64,000 bases of DNA, taken from the IMG/VR virus record IMGVR_UViG_3300031813_000003, positions 32,001-96,000 of that record; one strand, written 5' to 3'. Below, piece after piece: positions 1 to 10,362 of the stretch (its first letter is position 1; each line of letters starts with the position of its first letter). The stretch comes from a virus. Taxonomy: Duplodnaviria; Caudoviricetes. The position numbers and the translations under genes were made by a program. The notes under the pieces are model-generated. The model did not search any database, had not been told where the DNA came from, and saw only the letters and a list, made by a program, of their open reading frames with translations.

Positions 1-35
1 TAACAATAAAAATTTATAAAGGAGAAAAAATTAAA

Positions 36-1451
36 ATGGCCGATTCAGTATTACTTGAAAAATGGACTGAACTAATTGACACAGATAAAGCACCTGCTGT
101 TCAATCCAGAGAAAACATGGCACAACTTCTTGAGAACCAAGAAGGGTATCTAAATGAAACAGCTACTGCACAAGCTGACGTTGCTCAGTATACACCAATT
201 TTGGTTCCAGCAGTTCGCCGTATCTTCCCTAACCTACTAGCAAATGAGATCGTAGGTGTACAACCTCTTAAACAACCTACTGGTTATGTATATGCACTAC
301 GTTACCTATATGGTGATGGCGCAGGTATCAACGCAGTTGACCGTGGAACCTTTAACCGTGACTTGACCGGTGCCCCTGCTGTATTCATGACTGTTGGTGT
401 TCTTTTTGCCGACATTACTCAAACTCCAACCGTATCTGGTTCAGTTGTGTTCACTTCTGGCGCACCTTCTGCTACTGGTACTGTTAACTACACTGAAGCA
501 GGACGTTGCTTAGTAACTTTTGCATCTGCTTCTGGCGCACAACTAGCAGTTACTCCAGGTGTTTCCGCAATCGGAGCAGGTATTAATACTACTGTTGTTG
601 CTGGTTTCGCAAACGAAGTTGGATACTCTCTAATCTTCAAAAACTGGACCGGTCCAATGACCACAGCAGTTGGTGAAACACTTGGTGCTTCAATCAAGAA
701 TATGCAGCTAAAGATTGAACGTGCTCAAGTACAAGTTCAGACCAGACGTTTGAAAGCTGAGTACACCCTTGAAATGGCGCAAGACTTAAAGAACATTCAT
801 GGACTAGATGCTGAGAAAGAACTTATCAACATCATGGAATATGAAATTGGTGCAGAACTTGACCGTGAATTAGTTGACCTAATTAACGCAAAAGCAACTG
901 TAACACCAGCATGGAACTACGGTTCTGTGAACGTTGCTAACGGAACAGCTGACGGTCGTTGGGAAGCTGAAAAAATCCGTACCCTCTACAATCGTCTTCT
1001 TCGTGAAGCAAATCAAGTAGCTCTAACTACTCGTAGAGGTTCCGCTAACTTCATTATTGCATCTTCTAACGTATGTGCTGCACTTGAAACTCTTTCTGGT
1101 TTCCTTTACGCAGCTGTGCCAGGAACTGTAAAACCAACCATTGGTGTTGCTAAAGTTGGCACTCTAGATGCTCGTTTCACTGTATACATGGATACATTTG
1201 CATACACTGACTACATCACACTTGGATACAAAGGCGCAGGATACGACAACGGTATCATCTACTGCCCATATATTCCACTACAAATGCAGAAAGTTATTGA
1301 CCCTGTTACTTTCCAGCCTAAGATTGGTTTCATGACTCGTGATGCAATTGCTGGAACTCTATATGGAACTCAGAACTACTACAGAACTTTTGCAGTTAAC
1401 TTCGGTTCCTCTTCCTTCGGTGGTGGTTATACCCTTGGAGTAACTTGGTAA
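36..1451 (+). CDS. gp23: Major capsid protein (T4 gp23 family)
   Basis: LLENQ, VRRIFPNLLANEIVGVQP..PTG, RRLKAEYTLEMAQDLKNIHGLDAE.EL, YCPYIPL, FQPKIGFMTR motifs; YLNE|T prohead-protease-type site; AAGGAG RBS. Confidence 0.98.
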   Translation: MADSVLLEKWTELIDTDKAPAVQSRENMAQLLENQEGYLNETATAQADVAQYTPILVPAVRRIFPNLLANEIVGVQPLKQPTGYVYALRYLYGDGAGINAVDRGTFNRDLTGAPAVFMTVGVLFADITQTPTVSGSVVFTSGAPSATGTVNYTEAGRCLVTFASASGAQLAVTPGVSAIGAGINTTVVAGFANEVGYSLIFKNWTGPMTTAVGETLGASIKNMQLKIERAQVQVQTRRLKAEYTLEMAQDLKNIHGLDAEKELINIMEYEIGAELDRELVDLINAKATVTPAWNYGSVNVANGTADGRWEAEKIRTLYNRLLREANQVALTTRRGSANFIIASSNVCAALETLSGFLYAAVPGTVKPTIGVAKVGTLDARFTVYMDTFAYTDYITLGYKGAGYDNGIIYCPYIPLQMQKVIDPVTFQPKIGFMTRDAIAGTLYGTQNYYRTFAVNFGSSSFGGGYTLGVTW

Positions 1452-1492
1452 TCCAATAACAACTTGATAAGATAATTATCAATACAAATGAG

Positions 1493-1522
1493 AGGGAGTT
1501 AGAGAAATCTAACTCCCTTTTT
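1493..1522 (+). terminator. Intrinsic terminator after gp23
   Basis: AGGGAGTTAGA-GAAA-TCTAACTCCCT followed by T run. Confidence 0.9.
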
Positions 1523-1524
1523 AA

Positions 1525-1568
1525 TTGACAAATATAAATACCCGTAGTAAAATGTTTTTTTATAAATA
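1525..1568 (+). promoter_or_regulatory. Overlapping sigma70-type promoter and T4-type late promoters
   Basis: TTGACA-17-TAAAAT (1525-1553); TATAAATA at 1533 and 1561. Confidence 0.6.
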
Positions 1569-1814
1569 GAAGTGTGTAGGAATTACAAAAGAGGATAATA
1601 TGAATTTAAACAAAAAAAGTGATGTATTCAAGAAGTTAGCTAAAATGAAAGGCAACGCAGATGGTGGTGAGCGTTTACCTTCCATTCCCCTTGGTAGAAC
1701 CTTCAAAGGTACTATAAAGGATAAACGTGACAATCCTAAACATAAAAAAGGATTATCGAAGATTAAACGAACTAATGAACTAACAAACTAATAAATTTGT
1801 TTGGAGGTTCATAT

Positions 1815-2279
1815 ATGAATTGTGATACATGTGTTAAAGACATCGTGGAATGCCATGAATGTGAAGAATTTGAGATGTATGTTGAAAATAATACAGATTC
1901 AAAAAAATTAAAAGAAATTAGAAGATTTCTTATAAAAGAAAAAATCCCTACTGATAATTCTATATCAGGTAAAATTGCTGACTTCTTGGTATCAAAAGTT
2001 GGTACAATGTCTTGTTTTTACTTTTTTATGCTATTATCAACTATCCCTGTTATATTCCCCGAAACAATGACGGTAATTGGTTATATATCATCAGGGTATC
2101 TACAATTAATTTTATTACCATTGATTATGGTTTCAACCAATAGAACTGATATGATCAGGGTACAAAAAGCTGAACGTGAATGGAAGATTCATCTTGTCAC
2201 TGATAGAATTGAAGAATTGGCAGAAGAAAGATTTGAAATGCTCTTTACCCAAGTAATGGGGTTGAAGAATATAAATTGA
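1815..2279 (+). CDS. DUF1003-like membrane protein with N-terminal Cys cluster
   Basis: KIADFLVSKVGTMSCFYFF...ISSGYLQLILLPLIMV resembles DUF1003; GGAGG precedes ATG 1815. Confidence 0.55.
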   Translation: MNCDTCVKDIVECHECEEFEMYVENNTDSKKLKEIRRFLIKEKIPTDNSISGKIADFLVSKVGTMSCFYFFMLLSTIPVIFPETMTVIGYISSGYLQLILLPLIMVSTNRTDMIRVQKAEREWKIHLVTDRIEELAEERFEMLFTQVMGLKNIN

Positions 2280-2304
2280 CTTTCAATTCATTTTAAGGTA
2301 CAAT
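2276..2304 (+). promoter_or_regulatory. sigma70-type promoter for HU gene
   Basis: TTGACT-17-TACAAT. Confidence 0.65.
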
Positions 2305-2349
2305 GAAAATAACCTTAAATTTGTAATTAACTAACTAAAGGAAATCATT

Positions 2350-2616
2350 ATGAAATCAACGATTGAAGATATTGCAAAGCAGTTCAATATTACTAAAAAA
2401 CTAGCGAAAGCTGTTGTACATTCGGTTGTACATTCTTTTGCGGTAACCTTGGTAACCGAGGGCGAATTGAAGCTTGCTGAGATTGGAACTATACGTGTAG
2501 AAACTAAACAAGAACGTAATGGAAGCAATCCTAGGACAGGATTACCAATCGTAATCAAAGAACATAAAGTTTTGAAACTTATCCCTACTGCTGCAATAAA
2601 AAACGCAATTCAGTAA
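2350..2616 (+). CDS. hup: HU/IHF-family DNA-binding protein
   Basis: 88 aa, IGTIRV..KQERNGSNPRTG.PIVI...KVLKLIP...IKNAI matches the HU arm motif. Confidence 0.9.
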   Translation: MKSTIEDIAKQFNITKKLAKAVVHSVVHSFAVTLVTEGELKLAEIGTIRVETKQERNGSNPRTGLPIVIKEHKVLKLIPTAAIKNAIQ

Positions 2617-2629
2617 TAACGAGGAATTG

Positions 2630-2815
2630 ATGAAAGTGAAAATTGTGTATGATCCATTTGAATGTGAGTACATAGCTTTTATAGAGAGTCTAGCTTCCTT
2701 CTCAGGATATGGTAAAACTGAGAAGGAAGCTATTATTGACTTTTTACATCAATGTGAAAATAACCCAAATTTCAATAAACCTATCATTAAATCACTTCTA
2801 AATAACATCCAATGA
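2630..2815 (+). CDS. HicB-like antitoxin N-terminal-domain protein
   Basis: YIAFIESLASFSGYGKTEKEAI resembles HicB 'Y.A..P.L.G....G.T.EEA'. Confidence 0.55.
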   Translation: MKVKIVYDPFECEYIAFIESLASFSGYGKTEKEAIIDFLHQCENNPNFNKPIIKSLLNNIQ

Positions 2816-3231
2816 TATTAGACTACAATAAACTATACCATTTTAGATATAAAGCTACACTTGAAGGGAAAATTCATGTATATGATAAAGTTCCAATCAT
2901 ATTCATATTAGACATTAGACCTACAAATATCTTAGCAGTTAACTTTCACTGGATTCCTTATAGGGTTAGACGTAAATTTTTTGATGATGTTAGAAATATA
3001 ATGTCAAACACTGAAAAAATTCATAAAAGAATTGAACGTGTAAGACTGACATATAAATTACTCCAACAACCTGAATACCGTATTGGTTTGCAAGGTATAA
3101 GAATGTACTATACAAAGAATATGACTTCAGTTAAAGTTATCCCTGAAGCAAGCTGGAATCTTGTATTTGGTTATGGTATCAAAGAATTTAGAATGCGTAA
3201 AGTTTATAAGTACCGAGATTATAAAGATTAA
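2812..3231 (+). CDS. gp2: DNA end protector protein (T4 gp2-like)
   Basis: YHFRY.A......YDKVPIIFIL.....LAVNFHWIP...R motif. Confidence 0.65.
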   Translation: MILDYNKLYHFRYKATLEGKIHVYDKVPIIFILDIRPTNILAVNFHWIPYRVRRKFFDDVRNIMSNTEKIHKRIERVRLTYKLLQQPEYRIGLQGIRMYYTKNMTSVKVIPEASWNLVFGYGIKEFRMRKVYKYRDYKD

Positions 3232-3726
3232 TTATCCTTATAAATACAAATAAAAGGATAATTTTAGTCATGGATGATATATATACAAGTTGTGGTATAA
3301 AAGCGTTACTAGTTGTATGTACATATGCGGATAAAGATGGATTTTGTTTTTATCCAAGCGGTCCTTGTAAAATAGGCAAAGAACGTAGAATAGTTGCTGA
3401 AATTTGGGAAACAGATGAAGATAAAATAGTTGAGTGTATTGGAACATCACAATATGCTAATTCTAAAAAGGAATAAATTAATGGAAGAGTTAGTATTTGA
3501 GCCTGGATGGTTACAGCGTCAAGTAGAAGCAGCATCTAAAGAAGTTGATTCGTGGACTAATAAACAAAGAGAAAGAATCTTCTGTTATAATGAACATACA
3601 TGGATGCATCCTACATATCCAAAAGAGAATATGCAAGTATTAACTTGTAAGTATTGTGAGAGGGAAATGATTCGTTTCTCTTGGGGCGAATCTTTTGTAA
3701 TGGTCAAACGAGGGAGGGAAGGACAA

Positions 3727-4180
3727 TGGATGTAGGATCAAAAGCAAGTTACCCTGCTGGAGCGTTATCCAACTTTACCGCAAACACATTTGTATTTGAT
3801 AATGTGTTATGTAAATCTATGGAGGGTCTACTTCAGTCATGGAAGTTTAAATCTCCTGAAATGCAAGCAGAGATTTGTACCTACATTGGATTTGGTGCAA
3901 AGAAAGCAGGAGCTAAGAAAAACTGGCAAGAGAGTCAAACTCTCTGGTGGAAAGGGGTAGGTATACCTAGAAAGTCTGATGCCTACCAGAAGCTAATTAC
4001 AGCTGCTTATGATGCTATGTTTGAGCAATCTGCTGGATTAGGAATGCATTAAGAGCCGCAGGTAAAGATGCAGTCTTTACACATTCAATAGGGCGTAGCA
4101 AAGAAGCTGAAACAGTTTTAACTGAAAGGGAATTCTGTTCACAGCTAATGAGACTAAAAAGGAAATTATATGAAAGTTAA
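3727..4180 (+). pseudogene. NADAR-family protein (T4 gp30.3-like), frameshifted near 4037-4040
   Basis: MDVGSKASYPAGALSNF...SMEGLLQS.KF; C-terminus RNALRAAGKDAVFTHSIGRSKEAETVLTEREFCSQL lies in the -1 frame, ending TAA 4180. Confidence 0.75.
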
Positions 4181-4443
4181 AGATATGATAAACTCTTTTA
4201 AAGATTTGGTGGTAAACATTAAATTAGCATTTCAACTAGTTAAACCTAGGAAGAAACCTCCCGTTGGACATTAAATGAAGTATAGCGTATATGATAAGTT
4301 ACCTCCGCAGGGTATTCCTGTCTATGTGTGGGATATATTCCACACCAAACCATATTCAGCATATAGAAAGGGAGACTTCTGGTTTACAGAAGCACCCGAA
4401 AATAGACTAGTAGAATGTATATCACATTGGGAACCATTAGAAA

Positions 4444-4899
4444 ATGAAAATTAAATTATTAGTTATACTATGTTTTATATTATTCATAGTACAATCAGCG
4501 TTGGGTGATACAATCCCAAATCAAATCACAACTTCTCCTACAGATGTAATAACAACTGAAGGATTCTCTCCTGCTATAGTTGGTTCCCTAGGAGCATTTT
4601 ATCCTAATGGAAAATATAAACTATTCAGTGCGGGTATTAATTTTGGAACCAATTATACATTTAAAGCAGATAAAAATGCGAATGTGAATTCTTTAGGATT
4701 ACTTATTGGCCCTCAATCAAGTTTAGTGAATGGCAATTCAGAAACAGTACTTAATGTAATGTTGTATTTAGATTTATTCAAAACAGCAAAGGCAGGATCA
4801 TGGGGAGTTGGCATCGGGGATGAATTTTGGAAATCAGCTGTTGGCTTTCAAAAACCAACAGCTGATACAGTATTCATATTACTTGGGTACAAGTTCTGA
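4444..4899 (+). CDS. Exported protein, possible outer-membrane beta-barrel
   Basis: Signal-peptide-like N-terminus, alternating beta-strand pattern, C-terminal FILLGYKF. Confidence 0.45.
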   Translation: MKIKLLVILCFILFIVQSALGDTIPNQITTSPTDVITTEGFSPAIVGSLGAFYPNGKYKLFSAGINFGTNYTFKADKNANVNSLGLLIGPQSSLVNGNSETVLNVMLYLDLFKTAKAGSWGVGIGDEFWKSAVGFQKPTADTVFILLGYKF

Positions 4900-5403
4900 T
4901 TTCTCTTCTACAAGTTCTCTTGCTAAATCATCGGACATATCTTTAGTATCATCAGGGATGGGACTTTCTCCCTGCTTGGATAATTTTTGTGATATCCAAG
5001 CAGGAAAAGTTATATTATGAATACCATTAGCAACACCATCAGTCATTCCCCCTGTATGATATTTTTGTGATAGAACCAGACAATTTCTGATATCATCTAC
5101 ACTTGTTATTGGTGTGTTTGTTAGTAACTTTCCATAACCATATGGATCAAATGTTTCACAGAATTCTTTCAGCTTATCAAAATCAACATCATCTGCCAAA
5201 CACCACTCTGCACCAAAGTGGTGTACCTGAAGGTCTTCTGTACTACCATCAACCCAACATTTATAATGACCATCTTTTTTCAGTCTAGCAATAGATCGTT
5301 GAAATTCTCTGGATGCTTTTCTTTCTTCATGCCCAGGAACAACTACAATCTCTGTTAGTGTTCGTTTCATAACATGCGCTTCTACTTCAGTTTCATCATT
5401 CAT
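4879..5403 (-). CDS. HNH-like protein, late-expressed
   Basis: CWVDGSTEDLQVHH...NCLVLSQKYH...GIH; TATAAATA on the minus strand at 5441-5448. Confidence 0.5.
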   Translation of the reverse strand: MNDETEVEAHVMKRTLTEIVVVPGHEERKASREFQRSIARLKKDGHYKCWVDGSTEDLQVHHFGAEWCLADDVDFDKLKEFCETFDPYGYGKLLTNTPITSVDDIRNCLVLSQKYHTGGMTDGVANGIHNITFPAWISQKLSKQGESPIPDDTKDMSDDLARELVEEKSELVPK

Positions 5404-5729
5404 ATAAAATACTCCTATAAATATCGTTGTATCTATTGAGTATTTATAAACATTGGAATAAACTAATAAAGGAACATAATGGCAAAGATAATTAACAATC
5501 TAAATATTGAGTTTGAAACAACATTAGGATTAAATGAAGCAGAAATGAGAGCATTGAATGCTCTCACTGTATATGGTGATGAAGAATTCCTCAAATTCTT
5601 TTATACTCACTTAGGAAAATACTATCTTCAAAAACATGAAACTGGATTGAAGCAATTATTCGATTCAATACGAAAAATCATACCACAAGAACTTTCAAAA
5701 ATAGATACTATAAGGAAGACATTGAGTAA

Positions 5730-6239
5730 ATGAACAATATAAAATATATGAAGTATATTTTCAAACACAAGTATCATGTAGCAAAGGAATGTTTTAAACT
5801 AGGGATGTACTGGCGAGGACTAACCCACGATCTATCAAAATTCTTACCTTTTGAATGGAATGCATATAAGAATTTTTTCTACGGTGAGTATAGAGCATAT
5901 TCAGAATTCGGGGCAGGGATCAAATATGAATTTGATTGTTGGTCTATTTCAAAAGAAGGTGTGAAAGAATCTTTCGACTATGCTTGGCTAAATCATATTC
6001 ATAAAAACAAACACCATTGGCAATATTGGGTTTTAAGATATGATGACGGTTCCAAAATTCCCCTATCTATGCCCGATAAATATATTAAAGAAATGGTTTG
6101 TGATTGGGTAGGTGCTGGAATTGCTATCACAGGGAAACGTGAAGCTGATAAATGGTATGAAACTAATAAAGACAAGATGCAATTACATGATACAACCAGA
6201 GTGAAAGTAGAAACTTTACTAAAGAAATTGTTTAAATAA
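5730..6239 (+). CDS. DUF5662-like HD-domain protein
   Basis: HKYHV...HDLSKF...AWLNHIHKNKHHWQYW...MP..YIKEMVCDW. Confidence 0.75.
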   Translation: MNNIKYMKYIFKHKYHVAKECFKLGMYWRGLTHDLSKFLPFEWNAYKNFFYGEYRAYSEFGAGIKYEFDCWSISKEGVKESFDYAWLNHIHKNKHHWQYWVLRYDDGSKIPLSMPDKYIKEMVCDWVGAGIAITGKREADKWYETNKDKMQLHDTTRVKVETLLKKLFK

Positions 6240-6253
6240 GGAAATAATAACGA

Positions 6254-7000
6254 ATGAAAATAATTCCATATGTTTTTGTACATGATCAAAATATTGTATT
6301 AGCCTATGAAAGAACTAGAAAACTTTCTAAAATATTTAATGAATACTACTATGTTTTTCTTGGTAATAATCCAGTATATGAAATAAAAAATAAAAAGAAT
6401 GTTATTGTAGCTAGACAACTAGAATACAATATTGAAGAATATCCCAAACTTGTCACCTTCACAGGGTGGTATGCTCTCCATATGAATAAACTATTAAAAT
6501 CAGATTACTCTATGTTTCTTGAATATGATGTTGTATTACATCCTAGATTTAGTTCAATAGTACTAGATTCTATTAAACATTCAAAAGAAAAAGATGTGTT
6601 CTCATTTATCCCTGTAGCAAAAGACTTCCTATTCTATGAGTACCTTCTTCCTATTATAGATAATAAAGAAAATTTTTCATCTGATAGAGAAATCTATATA
6701 GATAATGGGGGTAAAGAACAATGGATGGGAAGCTCAAATTCAATTTGGAAAACTGAAGTTGTTATAGATTTTATAGAATGGTTTATGTTGCGTTGTGGAG
6801 CTATACTAAACTATGACACTATTGGTCATATAGTTGAACGTGCATTAACAATGTATTGTATTGAAAATAGGATCAATTATAGATTTATATCTGGAGTTCT
6901 TCAGCATGAATATCTTGATTCTCATCAGACACAATCTGTTTATAATGGTGGGATTCAAAAAAACTATAAAGACCATATTAATAGGTTGGCACAGTCATGA
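6254..7000 (+). CDS. Putative glycosyltransferase (GT-A-like)
   Basis: FLEYDV (DxD-like), GHIVER, H...DSH; first gene of a coupled glycan operon. Confidence 0.45.
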   Translation: MKIIPYVFVHDQNIVLAYERTRKLSKIFNEYYYVFLGNNPVYEIKNKKNVIVARQLEYNIEEYPKLVTFTGWYALHMNKLLKSDYSMFLEYDVVLHPRFSSIVLDSIKHSKEKDVFSFIPVAKDFLFYEYLLPIIDNKENFSSDREIYIDNGGKEQWMGSSNSIWKTEVVIDFIEWFMLRCGAILNYDTIGHIVERALTMYCIENRINYRFISGVLQHEYLDSHQTQSVYNGGIQKNYKDHINRLAQS

Positions 7001-7740
7001 TATATAATAGTTATAATAAATTTCACCTAGGAGATAACACATACCATTTGCATCTTCTTAGAAAATTATGTGATGTAAATGGAGGAATATATAATCATTA
7101 TGTACTTGATCAGTATATTCCAGAACTAAGGCAACAGATCATAGGATATGAAAATAAGATCAATTTGTATGGAATTGATAGTTGCCCTATATTTGCACAA
7201 AATAGTTGGATAGCAACTGATGGATTTTTTTATAATGACCCTGAGTTCTTTAATTATAACGAAATGTATATCAGATTTTTTGATTACTACTGTTCACGAA
7301 TAGGAGTACCAAATCCTTGTACAGATGTAGTATTTGAATATGAAGAAATAAAACTAAGAAATGATCTCATGAGTGGTGGGTATGACATTTTACTAGTAAA
7401 CTCCATTGCACATTCAGGACAATTTGATTGCGGAGATCATGAAATGTTGAATTTGGCAAATCAACTATCAAGTAAATATTCAATAATTACCACACAAAAA
7501 TTGGGTGATTATCCTTGTACTAGAGATTTGAAATATAGTCTAGTTGATATTGCTGCATTGGCAATAAATTGTAAATATCTAGTTTCTATATTTACCTCAC
7601 CTTTTGTTATGTCTATCAATAAATGGAGCAATTTTGAAAAAGTATTTACACTAGATAAATTTAATTCATATAGACTACCAAACTTTTTTAGAGTACAATC
7701 TCCACAGAATTTTGATATTATAACTAGGGAACTTTTATGA
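6997..7740 (+). CDS. Putative glycosyltransferase (GT-B, heptosyltransferase-like)
   Basis: N-terminal HLGD, YDILLVNS..HSGQ, SLVDIAAL..CKYLVSIFTSP. Confidence 0.45.
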   Translation: MIYNSYNKFHLGDNTYHLHLLRKLCDVNGGIYNHYVLDQYIPELRQQIIGYENKINLYGIDSCPIFAQNSWIATDGFFYNDPEFFNYNEMYIRFFDYYCSRIGVPNPCTDVVFEYEEIKLRNDLMSGGYDILLVNSIAHSGQFDCGDHEMLNLANQLSSKYSIITTQKLGDYPCTRDLKYSLVDIAALAINCKYLVSIFTSPFVMSINKWSNFEKVFTLDKFNSYRLPNFFRVQSPQNFDIITRELL

Positions 7741-8525
7741 CATTCAAATTGAATATAGAAAATCAACATAGAGGATTTTTCTCTCTTATGTCTGATGTAT
7801 ATTATTTCGAAAAGAAACATCTCAAACCGGAAGATGAAATATATGTTAGTGTAACTGGATCATTATACCATCAACATAATATGTTTGATTTATATTTTGA
7901 TCAAACACCAATACAACACTATAACCAGATTCATACTGTAAGGAATCCTGGAGAATGTGGAATTGAATATCTTGTCACTTCAAGTAACTATTATACAGAA
8001 GAAGGAGCAAATATTTTACGTGAATTAGTTCCTATTATACAGCATAGATTTATAGTCAAGAAACACATTCAAGAAAAGATTGATGATTTTAAAATCACTA
8101 ACTTCAAAGGAAATATATTTGGTATTCAGAAACGTGGGACTGATATGTATACAATAGGACATGGACAAACAGCAAGTGAAATGAGATCACTTGACACTTA
8201 TAAAAGAATCATAGAAGACAATTTGACTAAATATGATAAATGTTTTCTTATGACTGATGAACAGTTTACAGTTGATATTTTAAAGAATACTTTTGGTGAT
8301 AAAATTTGTAGCTATGATTCTTTGAGAAGTCATACTGATAGAAGTGTACATTTTCAGTTTCAACATAATCCTAGGATAGGAGAAGATGTTTTAATTGAGA
8401 CAATACTTTTAGGTAGTTGTGATAAATTATTCGCAACATTATCTAATATACCTGTATTTGCAATAGCATACAATAATAATTTTAACTATGAATTTATTGA
8501 CATAGGAAGGAAGTATATACATTGA
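7737..8525 (+). CDS. NodZ/FUT8-like fucosyltransferase
   Basis: RGFFS; GIQKRGTD (HxRxTD-like), FLMTDE, GEDVLIETILLGSCD....SN. Confidence 0.7.
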   Translation: MTFKLNIENQHRGFFSLMSDVYYFEKKHLKPEDEIYVSVTGSLYHQHNMFDLYFDQTPIQHYNQIHTVRNPGECGIEYLVTSSNYYTEEGANILRELVPIIQHRFIVKKHIQEKIDDFKITNFKGNIFGIQKRGTDMYTIGHGQTASEMRSLDTYKRIIEDNLTKYDKCFLMTDEQFTVDILKNTFGDKICSYDSLRSHTDRSVHFQFQHNPRIGEDVLIETILLGSCDKLFATLSNIPVFAIAYNNNFNYEFIDIGRKYIH

Positions 8526-9175
8526 TACCAAATCACCACTTAACCGAAGATGGACACATTCAACAAACTGTGATTGACTACGAAGCACAATCAAAAATAT
8601 ACGGAGTTGAATACAATGGAAAATATAATGCGCCTATGTATGATAATAATCTATCTCTATTGAGGTTAGGGTTTGTTGCTGGAGTCTTGGGTAGATATCC
8701 AAAATCTATACTTGATATTGGATATGGAAACGGAGATTTTTTATTTCAATGCGCCAAGAAGATTGATCTTTGTTTTGGATATGATATTTCAGAATATCCT
8801 ACACCTAAAGGAGTTACTAAAATAACTTCAATTGATTCTTGTAAAGCTGAAGTTGTTACCTTTTGGGATTCATTGGAACATATAGAAGACCTTTCATTTG
8901 TTAAAGATTTAAAATGTGAGTATGTAATTATTTCATGCCCTATGAGTCATTGGAATTTTTTTGATACAACAGAGAAAGCAGATAATTGGCTTTTAAATCA
9001 TAGACATTATAGACCCAATGAACATCTACATTACTTTGATGATATGTCATTAACTATATTCATGAATATGAATGGATTCGATTATATTTGTGATAATAAT
9101 TTAGAGGATTTAATTCGTATCCCAGGTGATGATAGACAAAACATCTTAACAGCTGCATTTAAAAAAAGAAAATAA
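8522..9175 (+). CDS. Class I SAM-dependent methyltransferase
   Basis: ILDIGYGNGDF, GYDIS, VVTFWDSLEHI, PNEHLHYF. Confidence 0.85.
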   Translation: MIPNHHLTEDGHIQQTVIDYEAQSKIYGVEYNGKYNAPMYDNNLSLLRLGFVAGVLGRYPKSILDIGYGNGDFLFQCAKKIDLCFGYDISEYPTPKGVTKITSIDSCKAEVVTFWDSLEHIEDLSFVKDLKCEYVIISCPMSHWNFFDTTEKADNWLLNHRHYRPNEHLHYFDDMSLTIFMNMNGFDYICDNNLEDLIRIPGDDRQNILTAAFKKRK

Positions 9176-9176
9176 A

Positions 9177-9240
9177 TTGACATTAAATCTCCTCTGTGGT
9201 AAGGTTAATCATAATCTAAACCAACCCACAAAGGAGATTT
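9177..9240 (+). promoter_or_regulatory. Early promoter whose spacer is complementary to the downstream RBS
   Basis: TTGACA-17-TAAGGT; AAATCTCCTCTGTGG (9185-9199) vs CCACAAAGGAGATTT (9226-9240). Confidence 0.8.
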
Positions 9241-9244
9241 CAAA

Positions 9245-9418
9245 ATGACCGTGTACCTCAAGTTTGACACTTCCAAAGAATCCGAAAAATCCGCCAAACA
9301 GTTCTACTTCACTGACGGTGCTGATTGTATGTCCAAGAAGAACTTTACATACAAGCAAGCTCTTGAGCAAGAAAAATTCCTCAAGTCCCTTGGGTTCACC
9401 ATTGAAGACCACTCCTAA
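9245..9418 (+). CDS. Small early protein (57 aa, below the ORF-track cutoff)
   Basis: AAGGAG RBS and ATG right after the promoter; MTVYLKFDTSKESEKSAKQF... Confidence 0.65.
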   Translation: MTVYLKFDTSKESEKSAKQFYFTDGADCMSKKNFTYKQALEQEKFLKSLGFTIEDHS

Positions 9419-10041
9419 TGTACTACGTTCATCTTCATGGTTACCTCTATCTGGTATATAAACAATACTGTATAGATGTGACCTCACTGGAATTCAACTA
9501 AACTATAACGGAGCTTGACATGACTAAACAACAAATGGCTGATGTTGAACGGTGTATAGTTGAAAACTTCAAAGAAGGAATACTTTCCAAAAACGAACTT
9601 CATGCTTACATATTGGGTATGCGGTCATTCGCACATGCAACAACTGGCAACATGAGTGAAATATATGGTATACTTCAACACTACCTGAACAACTTCGATG
9701 AACTGTACCGATTCTATACTACTTATTCATTCCCGAAGGAGAGATAAATGGAACCATATCAGACTAAATTCTCCTATGATGAAAAAGTTTACTATGCCCT
9801 GAAGGATAAAAATTCCAATGAATATCTTCAAGATTTTTATAGGGATGGGGTATGGATTCCATATAATACACATACTCTGGTTTATGCATGGAAAGAAGAA
9901 TCGAAGGAAAAACTATTCAAGAGAGAATTGATCACAGAAGAAGTTATGAAAAATTACATCGTAGTCAAGGTTGTAGAGAGGAAAGTAATAGAATACAACT
10001 TTAGTGAAGCATAACATACACCATACAAAGGAGATTTAAAG

Positions 10042-10070
10042 TTGACTTTGAAAGGTTTTTGTGTTATCTT
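10042..10070 (+). promoter_or_regulatory. sigma70-type early promoter
   Basis: TTGACT-17-TATCTT with TG extension. Confidence 0.6.
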
Positions 10071-10362
10071 TTAATTAACATTATTGAAAAGGATTTACTT
10101 AAATGCAAGTAAAAATATCAACGATAATTGATATTCCTGATGGAATGCTGTTACCAGGGTATGAGTATGGTTCAGCATGTGAATATATACATGATAATCT
10201 CACCAATTATGTTACCTGCGCTCATTTTAAAGATGCAATGAAATGGCGTGTAAAAGCTATGGGCGTAGAATCTTCGACTGAATACCTCATCTATAAATCA
10301 CATCATGATTTTGGTGAAATAAGTAAAAAATTAAAATGGTCATATGAACAACTGGAGAATGA

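Noticed and set aside
9209-9487. ORF-track calls 9209-9487 (-) and 9264-9461 (+)
   Set aside because: The promoter and strong RBS point to the 57-aa ORF 9245-9418 in another frame.
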